64,000 bases of DNA from an uncultured archaeon (GCA_964583985.1 CAZOYD010000008.1:21894-85893); one strand, 5' to 3'; positions 10,324 through 20,702 are shown, numbered from the stretch's first letter. Notes: generated by a model not told the origin, from the sequence alone. Program-made: numbers and translations.

Positions 10324-11220
10324 CTATAGTTGCCTTTTCATTTTTTCCATTTCTTTTTCTACTAGACGTTGCAAATGTGTTTTTTTAATTCCTTCTTTAA
10401 TTTTCGATTTCCTAGAAATAGTACGAACGATGATGTAGTGAATTAAAACTGCCCACCCCCAGATTGGAATCGTAAACGAGGCGAAATAAAAGAAAAAATA
10501 TAATTGAAATGGGATGCTAGCTAAAAACACCACTAAATGATAATAAAATTTTTGCTTGGCTATTGGATATACACCACGTGCATAAATAAGATAAGCGGTT
10601 CCATGTTCAGATAAAATTATTAACCAGATTAAGATAAACATCGGATAAAAGAATAAATCTATTCTTTGATATCTGAAAAAACTTATAAAATTCATAATTA
10701 TAATAATACTGATAAAAACACTAAAATGGATCTGAAGGGATAATCTAAAACGGACTTTCTTTAACGCAATTATTCTCAAGCTCTCTTCTGAAAATCCATT
10801 GAAGTTTTTTACTGAGATGTTCCCAATATCTTTCCCTCTTGATTCAGTTCCAGCACTGCGATATGAAATGTAATGGATTATTAAGATAATCCCCCAAATT
10901 GGAATTACAAATAAACCACAAAAACTCGATATTAATAATGGTAGACTCCCTAAAAGAGTAGCTAAATTGTAATATAGTCTCCTTTTCGCTCTTGGAAATA
11001 CATCGCGTGATTTCATGCGATATGCGGTAAAATGCTCACACAATGCAATGAACCATACCATGGACGAAATAACGAAGAGTGGATAAATAGGGGATCGTGT
11101 AAATGCAATAGCCATGGAAATCAAGACAAATATAATAAATATCAATAAATGAATCAAAAAAACTTTCTTTGAATGATCATTCCCAACTACATCAAGCGAA
11201 ACTTTCTGTTTTGAAAGCAT
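10324..11220 (-). CDS. Membrane protein with repeated 2TM-type domains
   Basis: Internal repeats (EHFTAY/EHGTAY, IPIWG); C-terminal half homologous to 13549..14067. Confidence 0.75.
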   Translation of the reverse strand: MLSKQKVSLDVVGNDHSKKVFLIHLLIFIIFVLISMAIAFTRSPIYPLFVISSMVWFIALCEHFTAYRMKSRDVFPRAKRRLYYNLATLLGSLPLLISSFCGLFVIPIWGIILIIHYISYRSAGTESRGKDIGNISVKNFNGFSEESLRIIALKKVRFRLSLQIHFSVFISIIIIMNFISFFRYQRIDLFFYPMFILIWLIILSEHGTAYLIYARGVYPIAKQKFYYHLVVFLASIPFQLYFFFYFASFTIPIWGWAVLIHYIIVRTISRKSKIKEGIKKTHLQRLVEKEMEKMKRQL

Positions 11221-11264
11221 TTTAAAAATCCTCCTTTATTTTTAACTTTTATCTAATTTGTAAA

Positions 11265-11297
11265 ATTGTTAAATCTATATGTTTATTGTTGCATCTA
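11265..11297. promoter_or_regulatory. Two copies of a putative PadR operator (ATTGTTnnATCTA)
   Basis: ATTGTTAAATCTA and ATTGTTGCATCTA 20 bp apart, next to a TATA box; similar pair at 14133-14164. Confidence 0.5.
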
Positions 11298-11377
11298 CCT
11301 ATATAAATTTATTGCCTTAAGAACCATATTTTTACTAATCAAATTCAATTTGAATCATAAATTAAAAAACTAATAAA

Positions 11378-12682
11378 ATGAAATTAACTGAAATTATTGG
11401 ATTAGAACAAAAACACGCAGATCTTCTTCAAAAAGCAGGAATTAGTGAAACGGAGGATCTATTACCTTTAACACATTACCAGATACAACAAATGGCAAGA
11501 AGTATCGGAGTATCGGTAAAAACTCTTGATACTTGGCAAGAACACGCAGACTTAATGCGAATAGATGGGATTACGCCTCAACTTGCGAATGCCATAAATC
11601 TTATTGGAATCGACTCCGTAAAAGAATTTGCTCAACGGAACACAAAAACTACGGTTGCCAAGCTAAAAGAGTTGAAATCAGAAAAGCCGAAAGTATTGAC
11701 TAAAGTTCCAACTGAAAAAGAAGTACAGAAGTGGAAGGATCAAGCCATTGTGCTCGAAGGAACTCAAGGTAAAAAGCCCAGCACGCCAAAAACACCGGCA
11801 AAAACTCCCGCGAAAACCCCAAGTGATTCATCAGAGTTACCTGTTCAACCAAAATTAATTGAGATTAAACCTTTTGAAAAGGATTATGGAGAATTTGGAC
11901 CAGAATATTGGAATAATAAGTGGGAAGAAGCTCCAATAATTTATACTGGTCGAGCATTGAGGGGAAAATTTTACGACAAGCAAATAGATGCTGACGTAAA
12001 GGTGTTTATAAAAAAAAATGATGCGATTCTTCATCACGTGATCTCTCAACTTAATCTCTATAAAGGCACGGCTAATGAAACAGCGTGGATGATACAAAGA
12101 TTCGTATGTGACTTCCTCAAGTACACTGATGATGATGTCACGGTTGATTGTCCCGAATACTGGATGTTTCCATTTGAAACCATTCAATCTGAGGTTGGAG
12201 ATTGTGAAGATGGTGCGATCCTCATCGCAAGTTTACTTGTTAACGCGGGTATTCCTGCTTGGCGGGTAAAAGTATGTGCTGCTCAAGTAATGGCAGATCC
12301 TATCGTTGCTCCTGCAGATGATGAAGGAGAATTAGGCGGGCACGCATATTGCATATACTTGGCAGACCGACCAGAGTCTGAACGAAAATTAGAGTGGGTA
12401 ATTCTCGATTGGTGCTATCTTCAGGATCCGGAAATTGCAGTTGAAGAAAAACCATTAGCACGAGATGGTGGTCAAGAAGGTGCATATAGGAACATTTGGT
12501 TTTCTTTCAATAATGAAAAATCGTGGGCGCAAACAGCCTTCGAAGTAACAAGTCCTAGAATAAGCAATCATCAAACATCAAAAATGGATGATGTTATAGG
12601 AGAATTATTAGAAGTTACTAGAATTTTAGCTGAAGAAGAAATTGATAAACTAATAGAAAGACTCAAGTTTACTGTTGAATAA
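11378..12682 (+). CDS. DUF4332 (HhH) plus transglutaminase-like cysteine protease fusion
   Basis: N-terminal ADLMRIDGI HhH pair; KTPA linker repeats; GDCED, GHAY and LDW triad. Confidence 0.8.
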   Translation: MKLTEIIGLEQKHADLLQKAGISETEDLLPLTHYQIQQMARSIGVSVKTLDTWQEHADLMRIDGITPQLANAINLIGIDSVKEFAQRNTKTTVAKLKELKSEKPKVLTKVPTEKEVQKWKDQAIVLEGTQGKKPSTPKTPAKTPAKTPSDSSELPVQPKLIEIKPFEKDYGEFGPEYWNNKWEEAPIIYTGRALRGKFYDKQIDADVKVFIKKNDAILHHVISQLNLYKGTANETAWMIQRFVCDFLKYTDDDVTVDCPEYWMFPFETIQSEVGDCEDGAILIASLLVNAGIPAWRVKVCAAQVMADPIVAPADDEGELGGHAYCIYLADRPESERKLEWVILDWCYLQDPEIAVEEKPLARDGGQEGAYRNIWFSFNNEKSWAQTAFEVTSPRISNHQTSKMDDVIGELLEVTRILAEEEIDKLIERLKFTVE

Positions 12683-12898
12683 TTATTTAATTTTCCATTA
12701 AGCTATTTTTTTATTTACTTACTCGTTTTAAAACTAAATTTATAGATTTTCTTATTTAATTAACTTATTTTATGATGCCTATGCCCTTCTCAAAAGTAAA
12801 GATTCTTAGACTGACAATTATTGCCAATATAGCCTAATTCGTTCTACTAACAAAGAAGAATAGATAAATTACTAAATAAAAAAAGAGGAAAAAAATTT

Positions 12899-13528
12899 CT
12901 ATTCACTTTTCTCATTAACTAATAAATTAGATCCGCAATGAGCACAAAAAGCGGCTTGGCGTTCAATTATCGAGGCACATTCAGGACAGACCGTCTTATA
13001 CTCGAGAGTAGGGGGGATGCTCTTGATGATATTTGCAAAACTTTCATTCAAGGTCTCGTGTATCGTTTTGACTATTTCTTCTCTGTTTTCTTTGGGATAA
13101 GACCTGATGTATACTGAAGATAATTCAATTAAGAAATTTTCCACAAACTTTAGTTGGTCTGCAAAGTTCTTATTTACCTTTAATTTCAATAATTGCTGGC
13201 CCGTCTCAGTTAACGAGTATACTTTTCTAATTGGACCTATCGGACTTTTAACCATTTTGGAATCTAAAAATCCGTGTCGTTGTAATTTCGATAGAATAGG
13301 ATATACTGTTCCTGATTTCGCCTCCCAAGTGCCGGCAAAATGTCTATTCAGGTTTTGGATTAGATCATATCCAGAAAGTGCTTGGCTATTGAAAATTGTC
13401 TGAATAATAGTGAATTCTAATGGTGTAAGCTTGGTTTTTTTCCCGAAATTCTTGAAGAATTCTTTCTCTATGTCAGATCTCAATTCATCAATCGAATCTT
13501 CGAGATCCAAAAACTTGTTTAACCACAT
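12899..13528 (-). CDS. PadR-family regulator with zinc ribbon (paralog of 9617..10240)
   Basis: SGYDL, GTVYPILSKL and RKVYSLT motifs; CPEC..CAHC. Confidence 0.9.
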   Translation of the reverse strand: MWLNKFLDLEDSIDELRSDIEKEFFKNFGKKTKLTPLEFTIIQTIFNSQALSGYDLIQNLNRHFAGTWEAKSGTVYPILSKLQRHGFLDSKMVKSPIGPIRKVYSLTETGQQLLKLKVNKNFADQLKFVENFLIELSSVYIRSYPKENREEIVKTIHETLNESFANIIKSIPPTLEYKTVCPECASIIERQAAFCAHCGSNLLVNEKSE

Positions 13529-13548
13529 CTGTTAATCACCCAAAAGAA

Positions 13549-14067
13549 TTATTCTTCATGCTCCATGCGTCTTTTCATTTTCAAGATTTCCTTTTCAACG
13601 GATTTTTCTCTTCTAGATTTCATCCCGCCTTGATCGTCCACGGAACCTCGATGAAATATGAGATAAGAGATGAAATGAATCGCGAGACCAGTACCCCAGA
13701 AAATCGTTGGAATTAAAAACCAAAGAAGGTTTGGATTGATCAAGTAATTTACGATTCCCATGAACAGAATGGAAAAGACGAATGCCACGAAATGAAAGAT
13801 TACCCCTCTCTTTGCCATCGGGTATACGCCTCTCGCATAAACTATATAAGCAGTTGCGTGTTCCGCTACACCAATCATCCATCCTAAAACAGGAAAAATG
13901 TACCACCAAATCATCGGAGTGAATAGAAGGTTAATTGTAAATAACAGAAGCGAGACAATTATAAAACATCCAATATGAATCTTGACGGACATTCGAAAAT
14001 TAACCTTTCTCATCGCGATGCGTTTAAGGCTTTCTTCTGAAAATCCATTATAACTCATTTTAATCAC
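13549..14067 (-). CDS. 2TM-domain membrane protein
   Basis: Two 2TM units (H..F..V..LL..IN..WW.FP..GW). Confidence 0.8.
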   Translation of the reverse strand: MIKMSYNGFSEESLKRIAMRKVNFRMSVKIHIGCFIIVSLLLFTINLLFTPMIWWYIFPVLGWMIGVAEHATAYIVYARGVYPMAKRGVIFHFVAFVFSILFMGIVNYLINPNLLWFLIPTIFWGTGLAIHFISYLIFHRGSVDDQGGMKSRREKSVEKEILKMKRRMEHEE

Positions 14068-14132
14068 TTTTTTTAAAACATTGAAATATTAGTTATTATG
14101 ATAATATTGTTTTTTTCATATTTAAAGGTATG

Positions 14133-14164
14133 TAGAATTAACAACATTATTTTGATCTAACAAT
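14133..14164. promoter_or_regulatory. Two copies of a putative PadR operator
   Basis: TAGAATTAACAAC and TTGATCTAACAAT, reverse-complement matches to 11265-11297. Confidence 0.45.
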
Positions 14165-14232
14165 TCAAACTTGAAGGTAACTATTAAAATCCACGCGAGA
14201 AGGATTTATATTCGTCGATATTTGAATATATT

Positions 14233-15168
14233 TTATAACAAAAGTATGATATAATTGCCCACTATTATTAATATCACGGCAAAAATAAACCGCTTACGAA
14301 ATTTCTCCTTTAATATCAGGATGGATAATATTTGTTGTATCATGGGAGTATTCGCTGTAAAGGTGGAAGTTAAAACTAAACCATTTATTTCTGCAGCTTT
14401 ATAAAAAAGGGTATCTGCTAATCCTAAAGAAAGAGATCCTGCTATTCCAATATAGATAAAATATTTTATAAACTTACGGTTCTTTTTAGAAAAACTGGCG
14501 AAGTAATCCTTCTGAAAAATACCAATCACAATAAAAAATATTGCGCCAAAAAAGACCCTGAAGAAATTTGTAACGAAAACGTCACTGGAAATAATTCTAG
14601 CTTGATTGAAAGCAACGATGGCAAGCCCCCAGAGAAATGCTGAACCGATAGCTAATAAAGCTCCTATAAATACTTGATCTGATGGTTTTTTTATCGTTTC
14701 TGGCTCGCTCTCATCCAATTTTTCTTTATCTTTCGTGCTCAAAATAAATGCACTCAATATAATTAAAGCGCCTCCGAATAATATCGAGATTTTTAATTCC
14801 TCACCGAATAAAATGAATGCAAAAGGGTAGACAAAGACTAAACTTAATTGAGTTAGCGGAAATGCTCGAGAAACATCAATTTTCTTTAGTGAAGTGAAAT
14901 AAAGCAAATCTCCTACTGTAACGGATATTCCGGAGATGAAACACGCGACTAAATAACTAATCAAATTTTCGGAACTCAATAAGGGAATGAATGCGAACGT
15001 GCTGAAGAAAATTGCCAGCAGAAAATTTGATAGGGATACACAGATTAACCTAAAAAGAAGACTCGGTTTGGACTCGACTTTTCCCAAGCTAAATTTATAC
15101 ACTAAAGATGCTATCCCCCATGTAAACAACGCATCGAGCGTTAAAATGTATCCAATTAATTCGGGCAT
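14233..15168 (-). CDS. EamA/DMT family transporter
   Basis: 10 TM helices in two repeats; ILFGEEL and ILKEKF motifs. Confidence 0.88.
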   Translation of the reverse strand: MPELIGYILTLDALFTWGIASLVYKFSLGKVESKPSLLFRLICVSLSNFLLAIFFSTFAFIPLLSSENLISYLVACFISGISVTVGDLLYFTSLKKIDVSRAFPLTQLSLVFVYPFAFILFGEELKISILFGGALIILSAFILSTKDKEKLDESEPETIKKPSDQVFIGALLAIGSAFLWGLAIVAFNQARIISSDVFVTNFFRVFFGAIFFIVIGIFQKDYFASFSKKNRKFIKYFIYIGIAGSLSLGLADTLFYKAAEINGLVLTSTFTANTPMIQQILSILILKEKFRKRFIFAVILIIVGNYIILLL

Positions 15169-15250
15169 AACATTAAATTATTAAATATCGTTTTAATACT
15201 ATTTTAAAAAATGCAAGTAAGCTTGGTTTGGGCGAATTTCCTTTTAGAAG

Positions 15251-16435
15251 TTAAATAAATGTATCTAATGTGTTTACGAAATTGGAAAACTTTTCATACA
15301 CTACGACGTCAACCACAGGAAGGTTTTCACATATCATTTGAGTTAATTCTTTCCTATTTATCCTATATTTATTAAAGGGCTTTTTACCTATTAATACGAG
15401 AAAAAGCACGGGTTTTTGAATTTTAGGAGGGTTTTTATTATTATCCAACTCTAAATCGAAAGCTTTTTTTAGCTTTTGAATGATAAAATCATGCATTTTT
15501 TCTTTATTTCTAAATTCGGTTTTGAAATAGACGTGTTCCCATCGATTTACTCTATTTGTTAACTGGATTTTTCTCACAGTTTTAGTATATACTTCGTTTT
15601 TAGATACTGTTACTAAAAAAATGCCTCTTTTGAATGAAAAATCAGAAGAACAGGTGGCTTCAGAGGATCCTGGATTAAAAATCCAGTCGTCTAAGATAAA
15701 TTGCAGGTGAAAATGGCCTAGAGCTAGGTAATTTACCTTGTCTTTTAATGTTTGGATAATTTGGTAATTTACTCCCGGTACACGTGGCATTTGACCTTCA
15801 ATCCCGAAGTGTTGAAGAAGGACATGAAAGCAATCATCGTCTTCAATGATTCCATCCTTCAATTTTGAAAGATATTCTACTGGATTTTGTCCCAAGTATC
15901 TTGTGCCATATATTATTACGTCCTTTATTCTAATCTTCCCCCCTTTTCGGGTTTTAAAATCGTATTCTTTAAACATTTCATTTGGTGGTAATTCTACATC
16001 TGCGTCCAATAGGATTATTAATCCTAGAATCGATAATACCTTCAACCATGACTGTCCTCGTTTTTCAAACCTTTGACCTCTTGAAAATTTTCGAATATCG
16101 TGATTTCCTTCAATTGCAATAATTTTAGTTTTATTTTCGGTTTCATAGTAAAACTCTTTCAATAGATTTACTACTCTTGTTAATTTTCCAGGTAGTATTT
16201 CTAAAGAGGTAAATACATCACCTCCTAATAAGATAAAATCTACTTGATGGAAGAGGGCAATTTTCAAGATTTCATCGAACGCGTTTATGAAGTCGTTCGC
16301 ACGATCTTCGTTTCTATATTGATGACTCCCCAAGTGAATATCGCTAGCATGTATGAACTTTGTTAACCCTAAAGTTGCTTTTTGACCTTTTATTAAATCA
16401 CTTGATTGAATAATGGTTCTATTAGTGCTTGTCAT
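15251..16435 (-). CDS. mre11: Mre11/SbcD-like metallophosphoesterase nuclease
   Basis: SDIHLG, GGDVF, GNHD, QHFG, LGHFH and NPGS motifs. Confidence 0.82.
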   Translation of the reverse strand: MTSTNRTIIQSSDLIKGQKATLGLTKFIHASDIHLGSHQYRNEDRANDFINAFDEILKIALFHQVDFILLGGDVFTSLEILPGKLTRVVNLLKEFYYETENKTKIIAIEGNHDIRKFSRGQRFEKRGQSWLKVLSILGLIILLDADVELPPNEMFKEYDFKTRKGGKIRIKDVIIYGTRYLGQNPVEYLSKLKDGIIEDDDCFHVLLQHFGIEGQMPRVPGVNYQIIQTLKDKVNYLALGHFHLQFILDDWIFNPGSSEATCSSDFSFKRGIFLVTVSKNEVYTKTVRKIQLTNRVNRWEHVYFKTEFRNKEKMHDFIIQKLKKAFDLELDNNKNPPKIQKPVLFLVLIGKKPFNKYRINRKELTQMICENLPVVDVVVYEKFSNFVNTLDTFI

Positions 16436-16543
16436 GAGAAGATACCAAAAGTTATCAATAGCAAAAGTAATGAATAATACGCGCTACTCACTTATAAACC
16501 AAAAAAGTCCCAAGAAATAGTGAAATGATGAAAAACAAATTAA

Positions 16544-17185
16544 TTAACTAGTATATTGATAATTTCTCAAATCCTTTCTGATAAAAACATAAAACGAAAG
16601 CATGAAAATCCAATAAGTAATCGCGATGACCATCATCCATTCAATTAAAGGTGCCCAAGTCAAAAGGAAGGTTATTTCTATGATAATAACGATTAGCGCA
16701 CTATACGAATGTAATTTTAAGAATTTTTTACTCTTTAACATCATGTAACCAAAAAGGCTCTTGTATATGCTCCCACATATCAAACAAGTCATCGCAACGA
16801 AGCCATGTATGAGTATCAGCACTTGGTTTGTTAATATTGAGGGAAAAAAACCTACCATGATGTAGAAGAAGCAAGATAAAATAGCAAATACAAAAGCAGT
16901 TCTATAAATTTCTTCGCTAACATTCTCACTTTTTAATAGAGGTATAAAATATAGATAAAACATTAGAGCCAATAACCCTGAAAGAATTAATCCCAAATTA
17001 AAAAATAATGCTCCAGGACCGGTTCCTAAAACGCTTACCATGTAATTCAAGTTATACCCTGGGGTCATTATGACAGCAATTATATCACCTAATAAGCCCA
17101 CAATCATTGAAATGATGCCCCAATATGGCCCTGGGACTACTTTGAATATTTTATATAAAACGTATCTTAATTCCCTAGACATCAA
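16544..17185 (-). CDS. DUF998-like membrane protein
   Basis: Y..SVLG..PGALFFNLGLI; 6 TM helices. Confidence 0.7.
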   Translation of the reverse strand: MMSRELRYVLYKIFKVVPGPYWGIISMIVGLLGDIIAVIMTPGYNLNYMVSVLGTGPGALFFNLGLILSGLLALMFYLYFIPLLKSENVSEEIYRTAFVFAILSCFFYIMVGFFPSILTNQVLILIHGFVAMTCLICGSIYKSLFGYMMLKSKKFLKLHSYSALIVIIIEITFLLTWAPLIEWMMVIAITYWIFMLSFYVFIRKDLRNYQYTS

Positions 17186-17206
17186 GTTTGAAAATTTAAT
17201 ACTGAA

Positions 17207-18397
17207 TTAATTTTTTTGGATTACAAGGTCTTGTAGTAATAGGAGTAACTCTTTCGAAAGTGGTTTATTGAATAAAAACATGTTTATTACTTCTTCTCTG
17301 TAGTTATCATTGCTTTTTGCTAGTTTAAACAATGCATTTAATTGCTTCCCCTCATTTTCAAAAAAGAATTCCACCATCGATAATTTCATTTTAAAATTTC
17401 TCATGATTTTTTTCACATTCGGATATTTTTTGTAAGATTTCAGACTTTCCTTGGACGTATTTTCATTCTCTAATGCGCTGATAGCACTATAAGCTGCAGC
17501 TTCTCCTGACACGATGCTTGGATGAATTCCCTCTCCACTAATGGGCGAGACGAACCCAGCAGCATCGCCAGTAATCATAATATTGTCACCATATAAAGAT
17601 CGATCGAGGACACCAACGCCAGGCATTGGATAAGACCCACTCCAATGCGTTTTATAACTTGGTCCAGAGAGAATTTTCTTAATGAATGGTTCCTTCATGA
17701 AGTCATAGTATACCTCGTTTAAATTGTAGTTTATATTGTCCTCGTTACACGTACCACACCCTATATTAAAGCAATTATCATTCAATGGAAAAATCCAGCC
17801 ATAACCCTTATATTTTTGGAAGAAAAGGGATATTTTAGAGGTGTCTAACGATAATTCACCTTCCATGATTGCACATTTCCCTTGATATAAATCGTTTATT
17901 TGCCATTTATTTCTCAGCCCTGATTTATTTGCCAATTTGGAACTCATCCCATCAGCCAAGATCAATAGTTTCCCCGAAAAATCAATTGAATTTGATTTTG
18001 ATTTAGCTTTTATGCCGACTTTTTTACCGTTCTTATGGATGAAATCGTAGGAAACATGCTCATCACATAATTCTGCCCCAGCATCAATGGCAACGTTCCT
18101 TATCACGTTATCAAATTCTAATCTATCCACATTAATAGAAGATTCCCTAACATCTTTCCAGGAATATTCCAAATTGTCATAGTCGCTTGAATACATTGAA
18201 ACCCCATTTATTTTGTGAAAATTAAGTTTTCGTAGTTGGGGGTAATACTTGAAAATGCGTGAGCTAACCCCACCTCCACATGGTTTTCTCCAATTCGTGT
18301 TTTTTTCAAGTAAAGCTACCTTGAATCCTGCGCGAGCTAAAATTTCTGCACTTTTACTTCCTGCTGGACCTGCGCCTGATATTACGACATCGTACAT
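17207..18397 (-). CDS. Geranylgeranyl reductase family protein
   Basis: GAGPAG, KPCGGG, YGWIFP and GDAAG..SP.SGEGI motifs. Confidence 0.9.
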   Translation of the reverse strand: MYDVVISGAGPAGSKSAEILARAGFKVALLEKNTNWRKPCGGGVSSRIFKYYPQLRKLNFHKINGVSMYSSDYDNLEYSWKDVRESSINVDRLEFDNVIRNVAIDAGAELCDEHVSYDFIHKNGKKVGIKAKSKSNSIDFSGKLLILADGMSSKLANKSGLRNKWQINDLYQGKCAIMEGELSLDTSKISLFFQKYKGYGWIFPLNDNCFNIGCGTCNEDNINYNLNEVYYDFMKEPFIKKILSGPSYKTHWSGSYPMPGVGVLDRSLYGDNIMITGDAAGFVSPISGEGIHPSIVSGEAAAYSAISALENENTSKESLKSYKKYPNVKKIMRNFKMKLSMVEFFFENEGKQLNALFKLAKSNDNYREEVINMFLFNKPLSKELLLLLQDLVIQKN

Positions 18398-18473
18398 TAT
18401 AAACGTTTTTAATAGTGATAATAATATTCTTCCTTAGAAATTATTTAATGCTTTAGATTCTTATTTTAAAACT

Positions 18474-19682
18474 ATGAATAACCATTATGAAAAAGATATC
18501 TACGATTTCATTATTGTAGGTGCTGGACCTGCTGGTTTATCTGCAGGCATTATCGCTGCTCGGAAAGGACATTCTGTTATTATATTAGAAAAAGGAAGTA
18601 CTGCTGGCCCTAAGCCTCGTGGAGAAGGGATGGGGTATTTTCCCGTGGTTGATGAAATTTTGGGAGATAAATTTCTACCATCTATAGGTATCAAGTCAAA
18701 TGGTGGACGTGTTTGGCATTCACCCAATGATGAGAATCTTTTAACCACGTTTAAAGAATATCCTCACTACTTCTTTGAATGGCGACAATTCATCGATAGG
18801 TTCGTTGAGGTTGCGAATCAAGAAGGAATTCAATTGATATTAGATTGTGAGGTTATCCAACCAATTGAAAAGGATGGAGTTTGTATTGGCGTGAAATGCA
18901 AAATCAATGGAAAACTCAATGAAATCCAAGGAAAGGTAGTATTGGATTGTAGTGGTTATGATGGCGTAATCGGCAAGCAATATGGAATCCCATATGAATT
19001 AATGCGATGTCCAATAGTCAAATGCCTAATTAGTCACGCAAATTATACTCTTGAAACTACTCCAGATTTAAATTTCTATTTCATCGGAAATGGAGATTTG
19101 GAGTACGCTCCCCAATTTCCCCCATCCGTTGCTTACTTTTTCCCCTTAGATGGCGATCGGGCAGAAGTGGGTCTCATGTTAAGGATGGCACAAGTCCCAA
19201 GCATGAAGACTGTTGAGATTCCTGATAATACTGAAATAATGCGGGTATGGGATGAGATAAAATTATCATATCCTGGATTTAAAAAATATTTTGAAGGTGC
19301 TAAAGTTGATTATGAAGAAGTTACGAGCTTACCTAACGCAATGATGGCTGAAAAATTTATCCCTCATCCCGGTGTTGTGATAATAGGCGATAGTGCCGGT
19401 TTTATCAATCCATTTGGGTCTTCTGGATTGTATTACTCGATGAAAATGGCAAAATTATGGGTTGAAATGCTTTCAGAAAAGTTTGACACTGCTGATTTAT
19501 GGAGCACTCACAATATTGATGACTATCAAACACGATTTGAAGGATCAGAGATATATCAAGAAGTAAAGGGCATGTATAATTTAATAAAAGCCTTTGAATA
19601 TAAGATTTTCAATAGATTACGGACTTCTGAAAAAATCAATGCAAAATGGGATTATATTGCTAATTTGCTGAAACAAGCTTAA
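18474..19682 (+). CDS. GGR/FixC-like FAD-dependent oxidoreductase (atypical)
   Basis: GAGPAG and GDSAG..NP motifs; KPRGEG replaces KPCGG. Confidence 0.8.
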   Translation: MNNHYEKDIYDFIIVGAGPAGLSAGIIAARKGHSVIILEKGSTAGPKPRGEGMGYFPVVDEILGDKFLPSIGIKSNGGRVWHSPNDENLLTTFKEYPHYFFEWRQFIDRFVEVANQEGIQLILDCEVIQPIEKDGVCIGVKCKINGKLNEIQGKVVLDCSGYDGVIGKQYGIPYELMRCPIVKCLISHANYTLETTPDLNFYFIGNGDLEYAPQFPPSVAYFFPLDGDRAEVGLMLRMAQVPSMKTVEIPDNTEIMRVWDEIKLSYPGFKKYFEGAKVDYEEVTSLPNAMMAEKFIPHPGVVIIGDSAGFINPFGSSGLYYSMKMAKLWVEMLSEKFDTADLWSTHNIDDYQTRFEGSEIYQEVKGMYNLIKAFEYKIFNRLRTSEKINAKWDYIANLLKQA

Positions 19683-19875
19683 TTCATATTCTAAGATTTG
19701 TAATTTGGCTTTAAAATCACCATGGAAGCGTAATCTGGAAAATGAAAACTCTATTTAGAAAGATATAGTTTTAAATTTTCATTGATGTGAGACCATAATA
19801 TTCCCTTTTCACGGTCATTAAATAAAAATTATAAAAATTAGATTAAAAAAAGAAAGAAAATAAATTTATAGGTAT

Positions 19876-20427
19876 TTATTTGATTTCTATTATCTTCTTC
19901 TCAGGTTTTGGCGGTGTAACTTTTGGAATTTTCACGGTTAGAATTCCTTTATCAAGATTGGCATCGATCTTATCTTTATCAATGTTCTCTGGCAAATTGA
20001 AGGCTCGGTAATAACTGGATGAATGGTACTCTCTTCGAACTAATTGTCCTTCTTTTTCTTCTTTCTTTTCTTCTTTATAGTCACCCTTAATCTCCATTAT
20101 GTCGTCATTTATCGTGAGTTCAATATTGTTCTTATCTAAACCGGGTAATTCAGCGCTAATTTCGAAATGATCTTCGAGATCTTTTATGTTTGCTAATGGA
20201 GTTCTAAAAATTGGTTCATTCTCTCTAATTATTAACCCTAATGGTCTATTACGCCTTCGGTTAAATGGCCAGGAGAAATCATCAAAAAAGTCATCAAACA
20301 TCCGATCCATTTCTTGAAACAATGAAAAGGGATTCTCGCGTCTTATAGATAATTCTCTCGATTTCTTATCTTCTTTCAATTCTTTAGCTGAACTCTCTTT
20401 TTTCTTAACGTCAATTTTTTCGGACAT
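19876..20427 (-). CDS. hsp20: Small heat-shock protein Hsp20
   Basis: ELPGLDK, RAFNLPENID and A.LDKGILTVKIPK motifs; C-terminal IEI. Confidence 0.95.
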   Translation of the reverse strand: MSEKIDVKKKESSAKELKEDKKSRELSIRRENPFSLFQEMDRMFDDFFDDFSWPFNRRRNRPLGLIIRENEPIFRTPLANIKDLEDHFEISAELPGLDKNNIELTINDDIMEIKGDYKEEKKEEKEGQLVRREYHSSSYYRAFNLPENIDKDKIDANLDKGILTVKIPKVTPPKPEKKIIEIK

Positions 20428-20470
20428 AAAATCTACCTCCTTTTTATGTATGTTTTTTGCAAATTAATCT

Positions 20471-20505
20471 TTGTCAATTAACTATTGACAATATATGTAT
20501 GTCAA
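20471..20505. promoter_or_regulatory. Inverted-repeat operator of hsp20
   Basis: TTGTCAAT-N5-ATTGACAA plus a third TGTCAA half-site, just downstream of the TTTATATA box (20512-20519, minus strand). Confidence 0.65.
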
Positions 20506-20702
20506 ATAAAATATATAAATATTTTGATCGCTTTTAAATAGGATCTGAGTTGAAATCCTAGGGTTTTAAAAAAAAACATAAAAAAGGAACCCAATCTGGT
20601 ATTTTATGTTGCTTAATAGAACGTTTATTAGCTTCAAATAACATGCTTTTAACCTAAAAATAGCGTATAAAAAAATCAAGTGATAATCTTTTAAAAGCCT
20701 AA

